Source of the DNA: an uncultured virus (IMG/VR IMGVR_UViG_3300033075_000390)
Lineage: Duplodnaviria > Heunggongvirae > Uroviricota > Caudoviricetes
IMG/VR virus record: IMGVR_UViG_3300033075_000390
Reading direction: 5' to 3' (one strand)
Length of the DNA: 20,000 nucleotides
Shown here: one piece after another, positions 10,276-16,691 of the stretch
Layout: each line of letters starts with the position of its first letter
Position numbering within the stretch: position 1 is the first letter of the stretch
Translations under genes and position numbers: made by a program
The notes under the pieces: model-generated
Databases searched by the model: none
What the model was told of the DNA's origin: nothing
Seen by the model: the letters and a program-made list of their open reading frames with translations, nothing else

Positions 10276-10728
10276 TTAGAATACTCCGCCATCTACTGTA
10301 CCAACAGCTAAAGTGACGAAACCATTTGCTGCATCTTTAGACCATGACATACTAGAGTTCATTCTTAGCACACCATCAGTCCCATCTGTACCCCAAACAT
10401 AACCTGAAGTACCTCCTGAAACAACAGCAACCTTTTCATCTGTGCTTGCAGCAGGAATGTTTAATGCTGTTTTAAAGCTATCAAAAGTAATCTTCTTTTC
10501 TTTTTGCCCTGTTGCTGAAGCATCGTGAATAATCAGTAAGTCAGCAGTTCCGTCTACAGATGCTAATGTTGTTAAATCATCAATTGCAGGAACAACAGGA
10601 ATTTGAGTAGTAGCATCTGTTGCAACGTGCAATGTACCACGATCTGTAGTTACATGAGCTTCGCCTGCAAGCATACCTGAAGTTGGTAAATTTGCCTTTA
10701 AACCTCTGCGTAATTGAATACGTGCCAT
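10276..10728 (-). CDS. Fibre-associated protein with an Mtd-N/hyaluronidase-like N-terminal module
   Basis: MARIQLRRG...LAGEAHVTTD...LHVA N-terminal motif; C-terminus VDGGVF; SD AAGGAT. Confidence 0.65.
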   Translation of the reverse strand: MARIQLRRGLKANLPTSGMLAGEAHVTTDRGTLHVATDATTQIPVVPAIDDLTTLASVDGTADLLIIHDASATGQKEKKITFDSFKTALNIPAASTDEKVAVVSGGTSGYVWGTDGTDGVLRMNSSMSWSKDAANGFVTLAVGTVDGGVF

Positions 10729-10737
10729 ATTTTATCC

Positions 10738-10983
10738 TTAATTAAAAGTACCCGCATCAATTGGGGTAGTGATTGATTCATCAGTGATATTTTCTGCAAC
10801 CCATTCACCTGCTTGAAAAGTTAGTACTTGACCATCTTGAGCAAAGGAAGTATCTACATCAGATAAAGACCCTAATGAATTAGTATTTGTATTTGGTGGA
10901 ATTTTAATATTTGTGTCTGCATCTACTACAGAAATTACTATAGAAGGCAGACTTTCTTCAATAACTACAATTAAGTCTTCCAT
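10738..10983 (-). CDS. Small fibre-associated protein
   Basis: LGSLSDVD...DGQVLTF...W repeat unit seen in phage fibres; C-terminus IDAGTFN; overlaps the upstream gene. Confidence 0.6.
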   Translation of the reverse strand: MEDLIVVIEESLPSIVISVVDADTNIKIPPNTNTNSLGSLSDVDTSFAQDGQVLTFQAGEWVAENITDESITTPIDAGTFN

Positions 10984-11324
10984 TCAGTTACTCCCATACT
11001 TACTGTAATATTACCTTCTAATGCTTTAAATGTTTTTTCTCCTTTAATAAGAATTAAGTCATATACAGATTTGGTATAATGTAGTAAGTCTGTGTCGTCA
11101 CTACTTAGAATAATAGTTACGGCACCAGTAGGGATATCTATGCGTAGTTTTAAATTTGTTGTACTTAGATCAAGAAGAATTTCTTTTGAGCTTTTATAAG
11201 GCTTGATCTGCATCCTAGCAGAATACCCAGTTAAATCTTTTACAGAGTTGTCCGAGTTCTTCAAAAGAATCATTTTCTGAAAAGGTATACTTTTTTCAAT
11301 TGAGAAATTATAAATTGCAGCCAT
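10971..11324 (-). CDS. Virion adaptor/fibre attachment protein
   Basis: DLTGYSARMQIK...YDL...EG.ITV motif common in phage fibre-attachment beta-sandwich proteins; SD AAGGAT. Confidence 0.6.
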   Translation of the reverse strand: MAAIYNFSIEKSIPFQKMILLKNSDNSVKDLTGYSARMQIKPYKSSKEILLDLSTTNLKLRIDIPTGAVTIILSSDDTDLLHYTKSVYDLILIKGEKTFKALEGNITVSMGVTEWKT

Positions 11325-11344
11325 GTATTATCCTTTATCGTTAT

Positions 11345-11676
11345 ATGCACACCAACAGCCACACTATCCTGCCTTGATGCTGAGAACACAAAGCTGTTCC
11401 CCTCTCCACAACATGCCGTTAGGCATACCTATTTGCTACCATTGCAGTAGCTTTATTTATTGTTGTTTTCTTTCTTATTATAAAACTGAATTATCAAGTA
11501 GGGCGCACGTTGATTTAGCTAACAACACGTAACCACGAATGTTTACGCTGATGGGTCATCAATAAGCTCTAGGCTTTCCACCTACATCTATTTACACCTA
11601 ACAGATTCGTCATAATGAGTTGTTACATGCAAGGATAACGGTGAACACATACAACTAGCATCTTACGATTGATAAA
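11345..11676 (-). ncRNA. Candidate structured RNA(s) or structured 5' leader
   Basis: Nested helices 11491-11497/11669-11675, 11535-11540/11605-11610 and 11618-11623/11651-11656, plus local hairpins ATGCC/GGCAT and GCTAC/GTAGC; no credible ORF. Confidence 0.45.
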
Positions 11677-11685
11677 ACTTGGAAA

Positions 11686-11907
11686 TTAATAAACAGGGTT
11701 CTTTTGAGGGGTTACACAACCATAAAACATTTGCTGTTCTATAATTCCATCAAACTTTGTATTCTTATTATATTCTGTATCTCGTAAGATTTGATTAACT
11801 TCGTTTCTACACACATTACAGAATGTTTCTTCAACTTTCATCCCGTCACTCAAAGTACGAGTTCCAGTAGGTCGAAGCAGCATCGTATTGCAACAGATAC
11901 ACCGCAT
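11686..11907 (-). CDS. Small Zn-ribbon protein (CxxC...CxxC)
   Basis: MRCICC...FCNVCR; SD AGGAA. Confidence 0.7.
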   Translation of the reverse strand: MRCICCNTMLLRPTGTRTLSDGMKVEETFCNVCRNEVNQILRDTEYNKNTKFDGIIEQQMFYGCVTPQKNPVY

Positions 11908-11927
11908 AGATAATTCCTAATTATTAT

Positions 11928-12560
11928 AATTTTATTGATGAAATGAACTTCGTTAAAAGAACCTTTACTGTGGTGTGAGGTATCTTATCGTTTTCCTACC
12001 ACATACTAATAATGCTTATTCACTTCTCAATAAAATTGCTAGTCTTTCCTAGCTGTCAACTTACCTAGTGCATTTCCAATCACGTTATGGAGGAGCTAGG
12101 TGGTGTAGTATTTCTACTAGACCTTTAAAAGTAACTCGTGCGTCAGTACGTGACAACCGATACACTAACCGAAGTATTAGTTGACCTTTGTGTACGGTGG
12201 AAGGTCATAACACCTGTAAGCAATGTAGCCTAACTCAACGCTGTAATATTTCATTTAAAAGGTTATTTTGATTACTTCTAAATGCACTACTAAGGTTCGC
12301 CACCCTACACCAACTTTTCAATCCACATTTTACTATCTAAACACGTTCTTCTCTGTACAAAACGCTAGAGTTGTAGTTTAGTATGAAGGTAGTGGGACAC
12401 CTATTCTATGAAACTGAGGGTGGTATTTTTGTTAAGGTGAATACCGCCAAAACACCTATTTAAGTAACCAAACAGTTTGAGTATCTACCGAAGTATCTAC
12501 CGAAGTATCTAGGCTTGTTTGGTGTTCTTTTTAGCCTAGCCCGTAGCCTTCGCTACCCTA
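11928..12560 (-). ncRNA. Candidate large structured non-coding RNA
   Basis: Many long-range helices (11, 10, 9 of 10, 8 and 7 bp), GAAA and cUUCGg loops on the minus strand, an H-type pseudoknot, and no ORF of 60 aa or more. Confidence 0.6.
12480..12511. repeat. 12-nt tandem repeat (AGTATCTACCGA, about 2.6 copies)
   Basis: Directly visible; each full unit forms a UAC-UUCG-GUA mini-hairpin on the minus strand. Confidence 0.85.
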
Positions 12561-12615
12561 AACCAATTCCGTCTTTCATAATCTTACTCCATTCATTTAA
12601 TATTTGGGTCCTCTA

Positions 12616-13149
12616 TCAAACTTCAACGTAGCGTTCAAACCTAATAATCTTCATTATTGTTGAGTGCGGTATATTAAACATTCTTGATAGAGACCTAGCT
12701 CCAAAATTTCTATCTCCATATTTAAAGTTATTCCTAATATATTTGACATCTTCTTCTGTCAACTTTCTGTTCTCTTTAGAAATCAGTTTTAAATGATCAA
12801 GACTAAGGAGACCAGTTTCAATAGCGTGAACAACGTTTCCTTGAGGAGTAACCCATTCCAAATTATCAACACTGTTGTTAAGTTTGTCTCCATCAATGTG
12901 ATTTACGAAAGGCAATTCATCAGGGTTTGGTATAAAAGCTTTAGCAACCTCTCTATGAATCTTCAACACAAGATTACTTCCTTTTCTACCATTAAGTTTG
13001 GTTACACACGCATTATAACCTTCACCAACAATATTTTGTTTTAATATCTTATTTGTTCTCAAAGAGAACAGTCTTCCCTTGTTGGATACAGAGAATAAAT
13101 CTTCATAACCAACAACACCTTTCCAAACTTCATTTTCAGCGTCTACCAT
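12616..13149 (-). CDS. NUMOD4-HNH homing endonuclease
   Basis: NUMOD4 motif EVWKGVVGYEDLFSVSNKGR; HNH motif VNHIDGDKLNNSVDNLEWVT; C-terminal HTH-like region. Confidence 0.92.
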   Translation of the reverse strand: MVDAENEVWKGVVGYEDLFSVSNKGRLFSLRTNKILKQNIVGEGYNACVTKLNGRKGSNLVLKIHREVAKAFIPNPDELPFVNHIDGDKLNNSVDNLEWVTPQGNVVHAIETGLLSLDHLKLISKENRKLTEEDVKYIRNNFKYGDRNFGARSLSRMFNIPHSTIMKIIRFERYVEV

Positions 13150-13197
13150 ATTCGCTCCTATGGTTGTTAATATTGATGAAACATCCTAGAGCGAATA
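13149..13197 (-). promoter_or_regulatory. Hairpin sequestering the RBS of the HNH gene
   Basis: TATTCGCTC (13197-13189) is perfectly complementary to GAGCGAATA (13157-13149), which covers part of the AGGAG SD and the A of ATG. Confidence 0.7.
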
Positions 13198-13258
13198 GGG
13201 TGCTTCTCGATACTAACTTGGACTCGTGTGGTGCAAAATAACCTCCTAAGTGAGTAAT

Positions 13259-13331
13259 CTCTGCGTATAGGATTCGAACCTATCTGTAGACGGTGTAGAA
13301 AACCGTTGCATATCCTATCTGCCAACGCAGA
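13259..13331 (-). tRNA. tRNA-Arg (anticodon UCU); CCA not encoded
   Basis: Acceptor stem TCTGCGT/ACGCAGA plus discriminator G; anticodon arm ACGGT-TTTCTAC-ACCGT; T arm ATAGG-TTCGAAT-CCTAT. Confidence 0.9.
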
Positions 13332-13567
13332 AGTTACTTACCTAAAGACTCGTGAGGGGAGTAAGGACAATAACAGTTCCGCTTACGATTATGCGGACTA
13401 CCTAGCAATCATACCAAAGTAAGGAGATGAACTTCAATACGAACGAGTAGCGACCTAGGAGATTTGTAGTGTGGAGTTGACTCTCCACAGATAGCAAGGA
13501 AGTTAGGAGAACTTCGATCTACCGCCTTAACCAACACAAAAAGTAATGCATGTTTTCTTGTGGGTAT
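13332..13567 (-). ncRNA. Candidate sRNA/tRNA leader with anti-Shine-Dalgarno loops
   Basis: Lies between the promoter and the tRNA. Hairpins GAAGTT-CTCCT-AACTTC, GTATTGAAGT-TCATCTCCTT-ACTTTGGTAT, TGTGGAG/CTCCACA and CCGC/GCGG. Confidence 0.55.
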
Positions 13568-13573
13568 AAGGAA

Positions 13574-13601
13574 ATTTTAACACATATTCTTCCAGTGTCA
13601 A
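13574..13601 (-). promoter_or_regulatory. sigma70-like promoter driving the leader/tRNA/ncRNA transcript
   Basis: TTGACA-16 bp-TAAAAT with an extended -10 TG. Confidence 0.7.
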
Positions 13602-13619
13602 CCTCTTTCAGCTTGATTC

Positions 13620-14090
13620 TTGCACAAAACACAAATATTTTTATATTTTTACACCAAAATCAGTTAAATTCAATCAAATTACACCAAACAAACAAGAAAC
13701 ACCACAAGATTGAGTTTAATTGAGTGTATTGGGTTTAACTCAATCAAGTATCTTCTTAGCACCTAGTACACCAACACAAACAGATCGCTTCGCTATTAGC
13801 ACCAAAACAAGGATGATCTTAAACACCAAACAAGACAACACCTAAGACAGGTATACAATCTAATTATATCTAAATAAGATTTATTCTTATTAAATCATAT
13901 ATAAGTATATCTAATACAGTATGTAATACTTAAAGTGTATATAAGATATACTTATAGTAAGTTATACAGTAAGTATATTATTAGTATTTATATTTAGTTA
14001 AGTATATTAATATATATATATTACTTAGTCTGTGTATCCTAGTTGGTACAAGATACTAGATATATAATATTATTTAAAACAGATTAAACA
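13620..14090. other. Non-coding origin-like region: CACCAAA-type repeats followed by a very AT-rich tract
   Basis: About six ACACCAAA-like motifs (13650-13845), then a TA-rich stretch (about 13855-14085), located at the transcription divergence point. Confidence 0.45.
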
Positions 14091-14117
14091 TATCCAACCC
14101 CTTGCCCCTTGATTCCA

Positions 14118-14146
14118 ATCATAAGCCCTTTGTTTTAGCTTGTCAA
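14118..14146 (-). promoter_or_regulatory. sigma70-like promoter pointing into the AT-rich tract
   Basis: TTGACA-17 bp-TATGAT. Confidence 0.65.
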
Positions 14147-14235
14147 GAGGGTAAAACCAAACATTTTTGTAACAATGACCTAAGTGTGTGTAAAACAAAG
14201 AAATTTAAATATCCTAAATTTGTTGTGTTTAGGGG

Positions 14236-14264
14236 TTGACGTATTGAATTTGGTGCTGTAAAAT
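14236..14264 (+). promoter_or_regulatory. sigma70-like promoter for the rightward genes
   Basis: TTGACG-17 bp-TAAAAT. Confidence 0.7.
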
Positions 14265-14337
14265 GAAAGACATAAACAAGAAAACACAAAAGTTAGGAGG
14301 TTTGTGTTTTTTAATTAAATTATTTGAGGAGTGATTT

Positions 14338-14880
14338 GTGTTAAATGATAAAACCTTGAGAAAGTTGTGGCACAAAATGTTTGAACGGTCTTACAACAAA
14401 AAGAGCCTTGAAAATAACCCAACATATACGGGTTGTTCTGTATCGTTGAACTTTTCCGATTACCAATATTTCAAAGATTGGTGCGTTAATCAAACTGGAT
14501 TCAACTCAGTAGATTTAAGAGGAAATGTCTTTCAATTAGATAAAGACATTTTAGTGAAAGGCAATAAAGTTTATAGTGAGGATACTTGTTGTTTTGTACC
14601 AAAAGAGATAAATGGTTTTTATACCAAAGCTAATAAGATCAGAGGTTTGTTTGCAATAGGTGTCTATTTCGATAAGAGATCACAAAAATTCATAGCAGGA
14701 TTATCTATCGAAGGTAAATATAAAATACTCGGTCAATACGACAACGAGTGGAGCGCTTTCCTTGCTTACAAACAAGCTAAAGAGAATCGTGCTAAAGAGT
14801 TAGCAGAGAAATGGCGTGGACAGATTGATAATCGTGTCTATGAAAAATTAATCAATTACAAAGTTCTTCTTACAGACTAA
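14338..14880 (+). CDS. HNH-like/AP2-domain homing endonuclease family protein
   Basis: LDKDILVKGNKVYSEDTCCFVPKEIN followed by an AP2-like region GVYF...LGQY...AFLAYK; GTG start with SD GAGGAG. Confidence 0.75.
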   Translation: MLNDKTLRKLWHKMFERSYNKKSLENNPTYTGCSVSLNFSDYQYFKDWCVNQTGFNSVDLRGNVFQLDKDILVKGNKVYSEDTCCFVPKEINGFYTKANKIRGLFAIGVYFDKRSQKFIAGLSIEGKYKILGQYDNEWSAFLAYKQAKENRAKELAEKWRGQIDNRVYEKLINYKVLLTD

Positions 14881-14919
14881 GAAGATTACAGATTAATTAA
14901 CAAAAGAGGAAAATTAAAT

Positions 14920-15276
14920 ATGTCTACAGAGTTTAACCACGATGGAAGTATTACCGTAATCGGATACAGCCTACCTGAGTTCTGTTTTGAACTGTGTGAG
15001 TTAGCAGCAAAAGGGTTTGTTGTAACAATGGAAGGAAACAAAGCACCTAGCGGAGGGTTTGGAAGTTACTACTCAGCAATTATAGTACCACGTCACCACT
15101 ATCGAATTGATTTACAAGGCAACCACTTAAACGTACCTAAGACAGAAGAGACACAACCTGAAGTTGAAGTGAAGTTACATACTGAAGAGCCTAAACAAGA
15201 TGTTGATAGTGTACCAACTACGCAGAATGAAAAGGGGCAACCAAAAACACGTACTCAAACTAAGAAAACAATTTAG
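14920..15276 (+). CDS. Hypothetical protein
   Basis: 118-aa ORF with SD GAGGA. Confidence 0.75.
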   Translation: MSTEFNHDGSITVIGYSLPEFCFELCELAAKGFVVTMEGNKAPSGGFGSYYSAIIVPRHHYRIDLQGNHLNVPKTEETQPEVEVKLHTEEPKQDVDSVPTTQNEKGQPKTRTQTKKTI

Positions 15277-15284
15277 AGGTGAAT

Positions 15285-15503
15285 ATGACAGAGCGTGACG
15301 TTGAAGATAGTAGCTTCTCATCTGTGTCTCTTAAAAACTTTAAGAGGAAAGAAACTGACGAGAATGGTGTTATTACCGTTAAGAGCAGTTCGGTTAAACT
15401 AGAAGCAACAATCAATGAACAAGATAGTGTTGAGCAGATCACACAAGTTCTTGATGCTGTGCAAGATTGGTTGAACTCAGTTAAAGCTTCTTTACAAACC
15501 TAA
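15285..15503 (+). CDS. Hypothetical protein
   Basis: ORF; the ATG at 15285 follows SD GAGGT. Confidence 0.65.
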   Translation: MTERDVEDSSFSSVSLKNFKRKETDENGVITVKSSSVKLEATINEQDSVEQITQVLDAVQDWLNSVKASLQT

Positions 15504-15627
15504 GAAAACAACTTAATAAAATATTAACACACCTATTGCTAATCGTATTTAGGTGTGTTACTTTATAAACACAAAGTTGTATTACGAACAATTTAATTAT
15601 TTTAACAAGGTGGTTAGGAGATGTAGA

Positions 15628-16437
15628 ATGAGTAAACGCAGACAGCAACATAAGCAACCAAAAGCCTACTATAGTCAAGGTCAAGCTGTTGGTGATAAAC
15701 ACGATCAACGTAAGCAACGAGGCGAGTCACAAGTAATTTCAGAACGTGTTGTGTGCAATGAAGAATACGATCTTAGTTGGTTCAAACCATCTGTTGCACA
15801 AAAGAGTATTATTTATGGCATGTCCAATCACCGTTGTACTATTGTTTCATCTCCGTCAGGATGTGGTAAGTCATCTACTATCGTGTTCCAAGCTTTGAAA
15901 ATGATGAAAACAGGTAAGTTTGATCAGATTCTTTTCATTAAAACACCAAGCACTTTAGGTATTGATGATTTAGGTGCTTTGTCAACAAACGAAGTTAAAT
16001 TCGATGTTCACTTAGAAGCAATGCGAAGTATTTTTCAATCTTTCATGTCTAAAGAAAAGCTTGAGATGGAAGAGCGACTAGGGCGAATCGAGTTCAAATT
16101 TCCAAATTGGTGTGGTGGCGAAACTTGGGACAGTAAAATCATCATAATTGATGAAAACCAATGGATGACCCCAGAAATTAATAAACTTGTATTGGAGCGA
16201 ATTACTGATAACAGTGTTGTTGTGGTAGCTGGTGATGCTAAACAGCGTTACTCAACAAAATGGCGTAAAGATGGTTTTAGTGACCTGATTGAGCGTGTCA
16301 CAGAGTTAGACGAAGATGGTGTTCGTGTATCCAATAATGAGTTGTTCCACTATGTTCGTTTAGAGCATTCTGAAAACCGAAGAGGAGATTTCTCTCGATT
16401 CATTACCGAAAATTATGATAAATTAAATATGAGTTAA
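15628..16437 (+). CDS. phoH: PhoH-like ATPase
   Basis: Walker A SPSGCGKS, IIIDENQ, AGDAKQ and the terminal RG motif. The true start is probably ATG 15628 (SD AGGAG), not 15553. Confidence 0.85.
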   Translation: MSKRRQQHKQPKAYYSQGQAVGDKHDQRKQRGESQVISERVVCNEEYDLSWFKPSVAQKSIIYGMSNHRCTIVSSPSGCGKSSTIVFQALKMMKTGKFDQILFIKTPSTLGIDDLGALSTNEVKFDVHLEAMRSIFQSFMSKEKLEMEERLGRIEFKFPNWCGGETWDSKIIIIDENQWMTPEINKLVLERITDNSVVVVAGDAKQRYSTKWRKDGFSDLIERVTELDEDGVRVSNNELFHYVRLEHSENRRGDFSRFITENYDKLNMS

Positions 16438-16450
16438 AAGGAGATATAAA

Positions 16451-16681
16451 ATGATTAATCAGCAACAATTAGTTGACGTGCTTTGTTCTTTAATAGAAGA
16501 TGACTTTAAGCAAGTTGATGAAGTTATTAAACAACTTCATAATATGTTTGATGATAAAAGTTTAAGTGAAACTATAAAAAATAAAGTTGGTGTCGAGAAG
16601 ATGCAAACTTTAGCAGAGTTAGTTGATGGTAAGTATGATGAAGAAGTAACGATGGCGGTGTTAGTGTCTAAATTTAAATAA
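16451..16681 (+). CDS. Hypothetical protein
   Basis: 76-aa ORF with SD AAGGAG. Confidence 0.75.
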   Translation: MINQQQLVDVLCSLIEDDFKQVDEVIKQLHNMFDDKSLSETIKNKVGVEKMQTLAELVDGKYDEEVTMAVLVSKFK

Positions 16682-16691
16682 GGAGAAATAA

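Noticed and set aside
12054..12059. TTGACA as a minus-strand -35 element
   Set aside because: No acceptable -10 at 16-18 bp; better explained as part of the hairpin motif.
12480..12511. CRISPR-like mini-array
   Set aside because: The 12-nt units are directly adjacent with no spacers, and there are no cas genes.
479..13241. Plus-strand ORFs in the left arm (479, 2438, 2446, 5552, 5769, 7088, 7237, 11323, 12793, 13053) and the alternative-frame ORF 1953-2180
   Set aside because: Shadows of well-supported minus-strand genes or RNA regions; no convincing RBS or motifs.
11928..13250. Group I/II intron, RNase P RNA, tmRNA or IscB/HEARO assignment for the structured region
   Set aside because: I could not find P7/S, domain V, GAGGAAAGUCC or tRNA-like end signatures. 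The nuclease is NUMOD4-HNH without RuvC motifs.
13350..13575. Plus-strand GGA-rich CsrA/RsmA sponge RNA
   Set aside because: The promoter and tRNA point leftward, and the 13411-13440 stem depends on G-U pairs that exist only on the minus strand. Not fully excluded without RNA-seq.
15553..15627. Extended N-terminus of PhoH from the ORF track
   Set aside because: The GTG lies within the inverted repeat/promoter; a strong SD precedes ATG 15628.
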